In this document: positions 39,430 to 51,472 of the stretch, piece after piece | Position numbering within the stretch: the first letter of the stretch is position 1 | How the letters are laid out: the number at the start of each line of letters is the position of its first letter | Source of the DNA: Eledone cirrhosa | Taxonomy: Eukaryota | DNA length: 64,000 nt | NCBI GenBank assembly: GCA_964016885.1 | Contig: OZ024740.1 | Location: 162,068,001 to 162,132,000 of the forward strand | Direction: 5' to 3' | Translations under genes and position numbers: made by a program | Notes under the pieces: model-generated | What the model saw: the letters and a program-made list of their open reading frames with translations, nothing else | The model's database searches: none | What the model was told of the DNA's origin: nothing

Positions 39430-40150
39430 TTTAGAGCATCAACAAGAACACTCAAGACCAGATTATCTCGCCAGGCCTACTCTGCAAGGGATGAAACTTA
39501 GATGCTACCAGAACATTCTCCAATGATACTTAACATCTGCACCAATGACAATCAATTAGCAGTGTTACTTCAGCTGCGCCATCTAATACTGGTCGACGGA
39601 AGCAGAGCATACACGGTTTTCAGAGCGAATCTCAATCTGGCTGGCACCATTTCCCACAATATGCTCCACGATAGCTTACTATGCCTTTTTTTACCGTCTC
39701 TTGTGCTGGCCATGCACATTAGGTTTCCCAGAGAAAACCCCTGCGTTATTCGTACGCTCATTCTATTCAACATGACAAATTTCTTTGGTCACAATACCTC
39801 ATTCGTCTTAGTTATTCTGTGTACATCCCAGTCCATTCCATTTGTTATACATCACACCTATACCCTCTTTCATTTCCAGTGTCGTATCTGCCATCTCAAC
39901 AGCTTTTTTCACATTTCACTCCATTCTGGTTAAAACTATACAAACAATGGCCTCCCTAGAATCTGTAGTATCATACGGAAGCGAGCTTTTGCCACCACCA
40001 GCTATGTTATAAAGGTGGTTGGAATTTTGCGTTAGCACTATACAATACAACATCTGTAAAGTATGGCAGGAGGCCAAGCCACTATCGTAGGAATTTGCTA
40101 GCACAGGTTCCCATTCTCTCCACACATATTAGCGGTATTTCATGTATTTG
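39430..40150 (-). mobile_element. Decayed HERO-like (restriction-like endonuclease) non-LTR retrotransposon fragment
   Basis: LSWSILWEMVPARLRFALKTVYALLPS followed by SLE.VL...AWRDNLVL resembles the post-RT region of HERO/NeSL-group elements. Confidence 0.5.
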
Positions 40151-40813
40151 AAGTGGCCGTAAAAACCTCGGCAAATGGCCATAGTGATAACAACACACCC
40201 TAAAACTTCCCTACTAAACCACACATACACAATATATATATATATATATATATGCATTCGTGAGTGAATAATAATAATATAATATTATAGACGTCTATAA
40301 CACTTGGTGTTATGAGCCTGTTTGCTTGAAAACGATTTGTTACAAAATCGGTAATGTTTCTAGGTTGTCTCCGTTTTTTTTAAAACCAGAATTAGTCGTT
40401 TAATTTGCATATTGAGACCCCAAACCATCCTATTTATTTTATAAGATATAGGATTTCTAGTAATGTACTTTTTTGTCGTGTATAATTTGTTTAATGTACA
40501 AAGAAAATTACTTATCACAGGAATACTACTACCATTTAAAATAAAATTTTACCGTAGATAGAGTAGCAAAATTTAATAAACGGGGAGGCCCGAGAGTACT
40601 ACACTGTATGAAAAAGAAAAGACGTTAAAGATCACGACTGAAATTACTCAGATCAGAGATCGGCTCTATCTTTGTTGTCAAACAACAAAGATAGACAGTT
40701 AACATATCTTCAATCCTAGTTTAAGGCTGGTATTCTGGAATTAAACAAAGATAAATATTAGAATCAACTCCCATATCTTTGATCAGGGCTGAGGATTTGG
40801 GGTTAAACAAATA

Positions 40814-41134
40814 CAAAGTATACTCAGCCTACGTCGTTAATTGGTTCCAGAAGTCAAGACAAACGAATGTCGTATTAAAGCCAGTATAAACCACTAATAT
40901 GCATTCCCCAATGCTGTACTATTAACATACATACAGTATAGTTTAGCATTTATTTAAATAAGATTTTGTTTTTGTATTTTAGTGCTTTTTATGGCTTAAT
41001 ATTTTTGGTAGATCGGCGTAAAGTTGAATCAATCGGCATAACACGAGGATTATTTTTGCTATATAATAAGAAGAAAAATCGCCGTAACTTCGAAAATGAT
41101 GAAACTCGAAACGACATAAGTCGAGGTACACCTG
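40814..41134. mobile_element. Tigger/pogo-like MITE
   Basis: Right end CGACATAAGTCGAGGTACACCTG|TA and a degenerate left end TA|CAAAGTATACTCAGCCTACGTCG. Confidence 0.6.
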
Positions 41135-42718
41135 TATAAACAATATGATGAACTGCCAATATCTTTGACCTAAGATCTAATCAATTAGAGTAAAGACAAA
41201 CATTATAATCAGCTTCCTCTATATCTTTGATTCTAGATCTGCTCGATCAAATTGTGAGCTGGACTTAAACAACACACACATGCGTGGTCAGCTACCACAA
41301 CCTTGATCCTAGATTTGATCAGCTCAAATAGCACCCTGCGTAATCAGATAAACTGGGATTAAAGATCATAGATCTTCTCGATCAGGTTAATTAAACAACA
41401 AATCTAAACAAAACATTCCACATTCATTTGGGGGGGAAATTAAATAAAACCAACATTTTTTTAACGAATTTCTACATAACGCCAAAACATCAGACACTGT
41501 TATATGCGCGGAATGTAGTAGATTGATCTAAGGTTTTTGACACTGTAACACATCAAATTATTTTGTGGTAAACTGGAGTATCATAGTAATTGTTAGATAC
41601 CAATGGCTTTCAAATTACACAGGGTTAATGTCATCCTGTCCAATCTAAATAATGTGCCTAAAAAACTACCAGCAAATCTATTTTTCTTCTATTTATATGT
41701 TTATGTGATGGGATCCTAGTGTAATCCTTAACACTAAAAACAGTCTGAAAATGCTAAATTTCCATAGAAACAATGACTGAAATATTTTATTTTCTCAGTA
41801 TTATCGTCAAAAGTACCTCTCCACATGGCCGTTTAACTTGCTAGAAATACCAGCTAAATTTGAAACCTTGAAATCTCCGTTATTTTAATGCCTAGAATAT
41901 CTATTTTCTCAACTAGCGAACGTGAGAAGAACTCTCTAAGCTGTCGCTCGATCTGTCAGAAATGGCAACCAAATCTTCTTCAAACTGCACCCAACCGTCT
42001 TATAAAATGGAAAGACACATTGGGTTATTTATATTTAGTTTTGGATGCACTAACATTTGTTATGATAGGTCACAACTTGATCAGTGATTGTAGCGAAATA
42101 AAAACGACATAAGGTAATTATTAAAAACGTACTATTCTTGTGGCTTTCCACGTCATATTTAGCGTGGGAACAGCGGCAACTTATACGCGAGTACTTTTTA
42201 ACAGATTTTTACCTTTTATTTCATACACAAGAAATGTGTAAGCAAAAAACAAAATATCATCCCATTTCAACTACAATGATTTAAATTCAACTTTATAAAA
42301 GTAATCCACTAAATTTCTTTATACATTTCATTTACTCATGACTGCTTTCAATAAATAAAATAAAAATCTATCTTCACAATATATCAAGCTGTTTAAATGT
42401 ACCCACATCTACCTACACGTGGGTGTGTAACGTCAACTATTTGCGTACATGACAGTGCATATATAAATATGTTAACATCATTTCTAATATGCATGTTGTG
42501 TAACTACTTAGTCATGTTTTTAAAACTTGCTGTAAACCCCAAATCAAACAGAAAAAGGTTAATTCTTGAATATGCTGTATATTTATTTTTAATTCATTTT
42601 CTATCTTTATATAATATTAGTACACTTAAGCACGAAACTCTAGGCTCTTAAGTCATTTCCCAAATACTGAGTTTTGTTTCTTCTATTTAGGCAACCAAGC
42701 ATCATCTCTCTCTCTCTC

Positions 42719-42783
42719 TCATGGTGTCCCCCAAAAATGTATACACATTTATTAGAATACTGTTGAAGTGGGGGACACCCTGT
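42719..42783. mobile_element. Tiny Tc1/mariner-like MITE remnant
   Basis: GGTGTCCCCCA...TGGGGGACACCCTG|TA. Confidence 0.55.
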
Positions 42784-43022
42784 ACATATATATTAAAATG
42801 TGTGTTTAAAATACCATAGTATTTAAAACAATCAGACAAACTGAATGAGCACGCTATACTACTGGTCGATAGAGAGTAGAAATATTCTTTTTAAGTAGAA
42901 AAATTGTAGCGATTTCGAAGTTTCAGTGTGGTCGCTTTATCTGGCTGAAGGGACTAAGCTGGAACTTCGAAGTCACTTCAACCTCTGTACTTAAAAAACT
43001 ATGTGTGCTATGTGTGTGTGTA

Positions 43023-43072
<50 letters not shown>

Positions 43073-43074
<2 letters not shown>

Positions 43075-43367
43075 GAAAATGTTTAACCTCGACGACAGAG
43101 CTCAAGCCGTTTCGACGGCTATTTCTGGACTATTTGTTTGGTTGGCGGGGACAAATTGAAAATTTAATATCCACAGCTGATGATTTATATATATATATAA
43201 CGTCCAGAAATAGCCGTCAAACGGCTTGAGCTCTGCCGTCGGGGTTAAACATTTTCCAGTACTCTGGTTGGTTATGGTCCATCTGGTTCTTTACCACACT
43301 TCCTTCGTTATAAATCATCAGCTGTGGATATTAAATTTTCAATATGCCCCCTCCAACCAACCAAAAC
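43073..43367. repeat. Rearranged double inverted repeat, Penelope-like terminal-repeat remnant
   Basis: 43073-43128 mirrors 43202-43257, and 43131-43188 mirrors 43308-43367. Confidence 0.75.
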
Positions 43368-44204
43368 ACCCATTTAAAGCGTACAACATGGCTTTACATC
43401 CATATGTATATCTCCCGCCACCTAACCAGGTCAAAGCCCCCCCCCCCCCCTCCGCCCCAAAAAGGACTTATTGCCCATAGCTACTATACAACGAAGAGGG
43501 GTGGCGGAATGGTATGATAAGCAAGCTAGGTGTCCCTACACCGTACACACACATACACATACGCATGCAGATTAACGGATAGCAAGCTCGCTATGCAGCT
43601 AAGCTTTCAGCACAAACTAATAGTACAAATATCTGGAAAACGAATAAACAAAATTTGACGGTTTTTAAGGGTAGAGGAGGAGGAAAAAATATAATTTTCA
43701 AATATCGCCAAAATGTTTTGTTTCTTTTCAAATTCACACATTTTTAGATAAAATTTATAAAGGCCTGAAAGTCTTCTATAATATTTTTCACTAGTGTGAA
43801 AATATAAACACAACTGTACATACAAATCACACGAACATATATAAACTATACATACACATTGATGCAAGGCTCAACTTAATGTAGAGAAAAAGTCTAAGTA
43901 AAGTGAAGGAGAAAAAAACATTTTATGCATTTTCAGAAGTCCAGTAAATACAGAAAAAACAAAAAAATGGGATAAGTTTGATAGCAATCTATACAGTTGT
44001 AGATGAATTTTTCGACTATATTTACAGCACTATATACTGTATATAAATCATAATCTCCTTATAATATATAACCAGCAATTTCTCTGTCTGTCTGTCCGAC
44101 AGTGGAAACACGTGCGCGCGTGCGAATGTTTTTTGCGCACGCGTAGAGAGAGAGACTACAAGAGGGGGATAGCGCGAGGGAGAGAGGGGGGAATTGAGGA
44201 GTGC

Positions 44205-44306
44205 TACAGAAACATATATACATTTCTGTGTGTGTAATATATATATATATACACACACAGAAATATATATATATACACACAGAAATATATATACATTCTG
44301 TGTGTG

Positions 44307-44341
<35 letters not shown>

Positions 44342-44424
44342 CACACACAGAAATATATATACATTTCTGTGTGTGTAATATATATATATATACACACAGA
44401 AATATATATACATTTCTGTGAGTG

Positions 44425-44464
<40 letters not shown>

Positions 44465-44620
44465 CACACACAGAAATGTATATATATTTCTGTGTGTGTA
44501 TATATATATATTACACACACAGAAATGTATATATATTTCTGTGTGTATATATATATATATTACACACACAGAAATGTATATATATATACACACAGAAATA
44601 TATATACATTTCTGTGAGTG

Positions 44621-44678
<58 letters not shown>

Positions 44679-44822
44679 CACACACAGAAATGTATATATA
44701 TTTCTGTGTGTATATATATATATATTACACACACAGAAATGTATATATATTTCTGTGTGTATATATATATATATTACACACACAGAAATGTATATATATA
44801 TACACACAGAAATATATATACA
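44205..44822. repeat. Palindromic minisatellite (ACACAGAAAT..ATTTCTGTGT with (TA)n spacers)
   Basis: Unit orientation flips near 44460. A second block lies at 45370-45572. Confidence 0.9.
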
Positions 44823-45060
44823 TCCCTTAGCTACTGTACTGTATCTGTTGCTATCTCTCTCTCTCTCTCTCCAGCTATCCCTCTCTTTTAGTCTGTCTGT
44901 TTCTCTCACTCTCACTCTTTCTCTTTGTAACACACTAACATTCCTCCCCTCTATCGCTGTGACGAATGGGGAGATGGAGGAGGAGGAGAGAGTCACTTCG
45001 TCACTTTACTTCTGCCTTTCTTTCTCTCCCCTCTTACTCCCTCATTACGTACAGACATTA

Positions 45061-45251
45061 GGGCGGTGGATTGGCTGAATCTGTAGAGTCGGACACCATG
45101 CTTCATAGCATGGAGTTACGTCCCTTTACGGTCTGAGTTCAAATACCGCCGAGGTTAACTTTGCCTTTCATCCTCACGGGGTCGATAAAATAAAGTACCA
45201 GTAATGTACTGGGTTATTGCTGGCCTTGTGCCAAAAGTAGAAACAATTATT
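45061..45251 (+). mobile_element. tRNA-derived SINE, apparently full length
   Basis: GGCGGTGGATTGGC head, GAGTTCAAATACC B-box and GGGGTCGATAAAATAAAGTACCAG core. Confidence 0.85.
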
Positions 45252-45502
45252 AGAAACATTGCTTCATTTTTACATATCTAAGCATTAGTAAAATAACTAA
45301 TAATTTCAAAAGTAATTTTTCAATTCCAATTGTTATGAACAGCAAAACATTAATAATAATTTTGTTCTAAGAAATATATATACATTTCTGTGTGTGTAAT
45401 ATATATACACACAGAAATATATATACACATTTCTGTGTGTGTAATATATATATATATATATACATACACACACACAGAAAAATATATACATTTCTGTGTG
45501 TG

Positions 45503-45557
<55 letters not shown>

Positions 45558-46694
45558 GACACAGAAATATATGGGCATTTCTCTGTTTGTCTGTCTGTCT
45601 GTCTGTTTGTCCTTCCCTAAAACTCAAATTTAGGTGCTACAGAAATATTACCTTCCCCTTCCTTTCTCCACTTTGGTACTACCAAGAGAAACACTGTCGC
45701 TATAGAAATATTACCTTCCCCTCTCCACTGACTTTGGTCACTGAGGCCGAGGGAATCGCTGATTGCTATAGAGACACCTTGCACAAGCCAGAAGTAACCA
45801 GTCGAGGCGGTTCTGACTTGACACCATGCCAAGGACCATTTGAAGATATATTTCCATCTTTATATCATAACGTTTATGTATCATAACGTTTATATTTCCG
45901 TCACTAATCGCTTTTTCTCCTTTTTCGTTTTAACATATATTTATTTCAAAGATTTCACCGTATAGATAACATATATTTATACATGCATAAAAGACACACC
46001 GAGAGACGGTGAACATGTGGTGCCGAAAACATTTCTCATCCAAATCTCAACAATATCAGTATATACACTAGATTTGCTAGCAGAAAACCGCCCACCGGGT
46101 GGTTTTCTGCTAGTCTATATATATAAAACAAAAGATGTCTGTCTGTCTGTTTGTGTAACTGCATGCATTTCTACATTTTACAACCGATTTGCACCAAATT
46201 TCATACATAGGTTTCTGAAGTCCTATTACGCGTCGTAGGCTAATTTATTTTTCCGTACATCGATTGTGCCCCCCCCCCCCCCGGCAGGTAACGCCCTTAA
46301 AGCCTCTCGCTTGGAGTCAGTCAGCCGTACTACTGCATAAAGGCCCCATAATTACTGCAGTTTGCCTCCCATCTTCACCGAAATTAATCTTCTGTTTGCT
46401 TATGGCCTAAAAATAAATTTGCAGACATGCATATGCGCAGAAATCCAGACAGGGGACCCATGGGGGGGGGGGCAGTAAACCGACTTGATGAATGTTGAAG
46501 TTGGTATCATCAATGCAACAAATGGTCATAACTGCTTCAGTTGGTGTTTGGTTTTCACGAAGCGAGACGTATTGCTTACCCATGGCTCATAAAGGAAGGT
46601 GAACACATGAACTTTTACTTGAACTTATCAAGGGGACCCGGGGGTGAGGGGTGCAAATAAGCCCCTTCGACTTATCTATTGAAGTTCACATTAA

Positions 46695-47124
46695 CACTGT
46701 ATTAGTACCTGATAACTTTTGAAGTTTACGTTCGATCTTCGTTTTCATTTTCAAAACAACAATCATCGTCGGATGAAATTTCAGAAATGTAAACATCTGA
46801 TTTATTTGAAGATAAATCACTAATATTATCTTTTGTTTCTTGTTCATTTTGAATGTCGTCGTGTGTAAAAACTTCAAAGTCGGTATCGCTACTTTCATAA
46901 GCCATATTGATACAAACAAAAAAATCTGTTCTACTTTCAACGTTAAAAAAATACGTATTGTTTTAAGTTGTTTCACTATATTAAGTGTTAATTTTCGCGG
47001 TAAGGGCCTAATCTCGCAGTAAACTCGAATTGACGAGATTTTGATGATGGTATTGTTTATTTTTAGAACGATATTTAAGTGTGGGTGTTACGGCCGGTTT
47101 TGGGCGGTTTGAACAAATGAAGGG
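46695..47124. mobile_element. Possible piggyBac-like MITE nested in the Helitron
   Basis: TTAA on both sides. The right end TTACGGCCGGTT...AAGGG|TTAA resembles the 4934-5140 family, and the left TIR is degenerate. Confidence 0.45.
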
Positions 47125-47512
47125 TTAAAGGAGGTTTAGTTAATGTGTTTATGGTCATAAGGTTCCAGTTTATCATGCTGTGATTTTTCGGCCATTTTTG
47201 CCTGTATCCTTTCAATAGTTAGTACTTACTTATTGCTATGTTCGAACTGAACAAACATACTGACTCTTATATACCTACCACTGTATCCACACTATTTAAT
47301 TTCCTTTATCACAGGTAGTCCGTACGCTGCGTTGCCTCTAACTTAAAACCTGAAATTTTACTGGTACACAAAATCTTGCGAAACATAACCACTTTCTCAG
47401 ACCACATAGATTTATCACATTTTTTTCACAATTTATATCCGTGTTTAGATTTGCTTACTTAAACGTTATTTGTCCACTATTTATCGTCTCCCTGGTTAAT
47501 TTTATAAAAACA

Positions 47513-50445
47513 ATGCCCCCCCGAAAAGAACTCTCATTGGTCGATTATCTAATGACGCAAGTAGGTCTAAGCGAAGGCGTCTCACCGAAGATGTAAATGC
47601 AACTGCGATCAGGCTCTCACAGAATGCTGTGCAGACGGAAGCTGCAAGACGGAGGAGGATGACAGTTGACGTGAACTTCGACGGGACAAAAGTGCTGCCG
47701 CAACTGCTGCTGCTCGCGCACGAGAGGATGAAAGACGACGTGCCATTCGACGTAGCAGGGACGCCGCTGCAACATTCGCTGCTCGCGCACGAGAGGATGA
47801 AGGACGACGCGCCGTTCGGCGAAGCAGGGACGCCACTGCTGCTGCACGAAATACTGAAACCATAGAGCAACGACGTGGCCGACTTCTGCAAAGTGAACAG
47901 CGGCGATCATCGTTACGTGGCATTTCTAGGACTTGCAATTCACGATGATTGTTGAAGGCCTTTAACTACGACCCCCTCCTCCGACTACGCCGTCCATGCA
48001 GATATTCAAATTGGGGAAATGACCTCTACTTGCCAGTTTTTCTCGTACGAAAAAGTGGCCAGGGGAGAGAGATGGAATTTGCTGTTCAAACGGTAAAGTT
48101 AGACTACTTCCTATTCACGACCCTACAGAGACATTGCAACTCCTTTTGACAGACATGAAGTTTCTGAGTAATATCCACCGCTACAATTCCGCGTTTCAAA
48201 TGACATCCTTCGGAACAAAGCTTGCCTCGGAACGTGGGTTCATGCCAACTTTCAAGGTCCAGGAGCAGATCTACCACGTGATTGGGTCTATTCAGCCTCT
48301 GGCAGAAAAGGATCCTCAATTTCTTCAGTTATACTTCGTTGGAAACTATCAGGAGCAGGCAGAGATGCGAAACTCTATTTCGTCCGAAACTAACATTGGA
48401 ACCATAATAAAACTTCAAGAAATGCTTCATGACAAAAACAGCTATGTTCGCAGTTTCAAGTACGCTTTGGAAACAGCCACCGACCAAAACTTTAGTGTGG
48501 TCATACATGCTGACCGAAGGCCATCTGGAGAACACGCTGGTCGGTTCAACGTACCAACATGTAATGAGATTGCTGCCGTTATTTGTGGTGAACAGCACAA
48601 GAGAGATAACATTCTAAAGCACTGAGACAGCACATTACAGCGTATCAATGAGACACACAGGTCCTACGATGCACTCCAGTATCCATTCGGCGAGGACGGA
48701 TACCATTTCGGCATTCCTCAACATTCAGCTGACAATGGTGAGGTACATCTTAGTAAAACTGTCACCAGCATGGATTTCTACGCTTTCCGATTTATAGTAA
48801 GGGACAATTCATTCAACCATCTACACCGTTCTCGGGACCTTTTCCAACAATTTGCTGTTGATATGGCCGTTAAAATGGAGTCCGAGAGATTATGGTTCAT
48901 TAAATTAAATCAAAAGAAACTTCGATCTGAATGCTACATTCATCTACGCGATGGAATTAACACTGACGTATCCCCAGACAATTTAGGGCAAATGTGTATT
49001 TTGCCTTCAACGTTCACAGGAGGACCCCGATACATGCACGAGAGGACTCAGGATGCCATGATCTAAGTACGCCATTATGGGCGCCCCGACATTTTCATAA
49101 CGTTTACATGCAATCCCAAATGGAAAGAGATTACAAACGAACTGTTCCACGGTCAAGCGCCAAGACACAGGCACGATCTCATAGCAAGAGTGTTTCGCCT
49201 GAAATTATCCAAATTAATGGATTTATTAAAGAAAGGACAGGTTTTGGGGCCTGTCAGGTGCGATATGTACACGGTTGAATGGCAGAAACGAGGGCTGCCG
49301 CATGCCCATATCTTGATTTGGTTGCTTAGAAACATCAGTTCAAACTACATCGACAAATTCATTTATGCCGAACTACCTGATCCGTCGATTGACAAGGACC
49401 TCTTCTCTATAGTCACATCAAACATGGTCCATGGTCCTTGCGGACATGGACTCAATATGAAGTCCCCGTGCATACACGACGGAAAGTGTACAAAACGATA
49501 TCCCAGGCCGCCGTTTTTACAGGAAACACAGTCTGGCGGGGACGGATATCCGTTGTATAGGCGCAGGAGACCTGAAGACGGTGGGTTCACAGCACAAGTT
49601 GGTGAACGCGAAATCGACAACAGCTGGATAGTGCCATATTGCTCCCTCCTTTTGAAAGCGTTCAACGCCGATATAAACGTCGAATTTTGCAACTCAGTAA
49701 AATCAATTAAATACGTTTGTAAGTACGTAAACAAGGTATCGGATGCTGCCGTCTTTGGTCTTCGTCATGAAAACAGTAGAGACGAGGTATCTGACTACCA
49801 AGCAGGCCGATACATTAGCAGCAATGAAGCCTTTTGGCGCGTTTTTAGCTTCCCACTGCACCAACGACACTCCGTCATTAAACAACTTGTCGTTCACCTT
49901 GAAAACGGTCAACGGGTGTATTTCAACGATGCTACGGCTGCTCAGCTAGCGATCTCACCAAAGGAAACTACACTCACCGCTTTTTTCAAACTTTATCAAC
50001 ACGACGACTTCGCTCGAACTCTGCTGTATTCTGAAATACCGTCTTACTATACATGGAACCGGACAAAACGAAGGAAGGTAGGGCAAGAAGTGGTTGGACA
50101 TCCAGGCATCAAATTCGACAATTAGCCTTGGGCGAGTTTATACGGTCCACCCTACCCAGCACGAATGCTTCTACCTGCGACTTTTGCTTCATGAGGTAAG
50201 GGGGCCGACTAGCTTCACTCATCTGAGAACCGTCGATGAATACGCCTGCGGAACGTGCAGAGAAGCCTGCTTGAGGCGTGGACTTTTAGAAGATGACGCA
50301 CAATGGGATGCAACCTTGACGGAAACTGCCATCTCATAATCATCCCGTAGTCTAAGAGCACTTTTTGCTATCCTCTTGCACGTCTGTAAATTGAACGATC
50401 CTTACACTTTATGGCAAAAGTTTAAAGATGATTTCGCAGACCAAT
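47513..50445 (+). pseudogene. Helitron RepHel, N-terminal repeats + Rep (HUH/Y2) domain, disrupted
   Basis: YNSAFQMTSFG, YDALQYP, LPSTFTGGPRYM, PDIFITFTCNPKW (motif 1), VEWQKRGLPHAH (motif 2), KYVCKYVNK (motif 3), HLENGQRVYF and FYLRLLL. Several stops and frameshifts. Confidence 0.95.
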
Positions 50446-50587
50446 ACTATGTGTATATATATATATATACTATATGTATATATATATATACTATATGTAT
50501 ATATATATATACTATATGTATGCATATATATACTACATGTATATATATATATTCATGTATTTATATATACTACATGTATATATATAT

Positions 50588-50621
<34 letters not shown>

Positions 50622-50622
50622 A

Positions 50623-50657
<35 letters not shown>

Positions 50658-51004
50658 CATATAGTATATATATATATATACATGTATATATATATATTAC
50701 ATATATATATATATTACATATATATATATATATATATTACATGTATATATATATATATATATACTACATGTATATATATATATATACTACATGTATATAT
50801 ATATACTACATGTATATATATATAATATATGTATATATATATAATATATGTATATATATATACTATATGCATATCATATATATATACTATATGCATATAT
50901 ATATACTATATGCATATATATATACTATATGCATATATATATACTATATGTATTTATATATATATATATATATATATGCATATATATACTACATATATAT
51001 ATAC

Positions 51005-51057
<53 letters not shown>

Positions 51058-51413
51058 TATATGTATATATATGAACCAAAGTATCGTCTTCCTGTCTTCC
51101 CCAGGTTGCAACGTTTTTTGAAATATCCACTTCTGCGTTTACAGATTGACTTTGTTAGTTTCAGAAGATCCCGTTAAGGGTGAAAGCAGCTTTGGATTTT
51201 AGTCTTCAATTTTATTATTATTACTATATATATGTATATATATATATACTATATGTATATATATATAAACTATATATATACTATATATATACTATATGTA
51301 TATATATATATATATACACTATATGTATATATATATATATATACACTATATGTATATATATATATATACTATATGTATATATATATATATACTATATGTA
51401 TATATATATATAC

Positions 51414-51444
<31 letters not shown>

Positions 51445-51472
51445 ACTATATGTATATATATATATATATATA
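50446..51472. repeat. (TA)n-CTATATG satellite, first block
   Basis: Unit TACTATATG(TA)n. It recurs at 55297-55633, 59151-59485, 59897-60163 and 63260-63520. Confidence 0.95.
51073..51226 (+). mobile_element. Solo fragment of the Naiad-type pseudo-LTR
   Basis: Matches 37015-37130 joined to 37224-37260 (internal deletion). Confidence 0.9.

Larger units (their letters stand above)
44054..46113 (+). mobile_element. Possible non-autonomous Helitron carrying minisatellites and a SINE
   Basis: A|TC start with TTATAATATATAA...CTGTCTGTCTGTCC, and a hairpin + CTAG|T end. Confidence 0.45.
46114..50445 (+). mobile_element. Helitron, 5' half (truncated before the helicase)
   Basis: 5' TCTATATATATAAAAC..TGTCTGTCTG..CCGATTT..ACCAAATTT terminus, and a Rep gene with all three HUH motifs. 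Confidence 0.9.

Noticed and set aside
44205-44822. CRISPR-like look of regularly spaced palindromic repeats
   Set aside because: The spacers are just (TA)n, there are no cas genes and the context is eukaryotic.
45061-45150. Possible tRNA gene (A and B boxes)
   Set aside because: There is no cloverleaf, and the sequence continues into a multi-copy SINE body.
47502-47938. Ser/Ala/Arg-rich minus-strand ORFs
   Set aside because: These are antisense shadows of the Helitron N-terminal repeat region.
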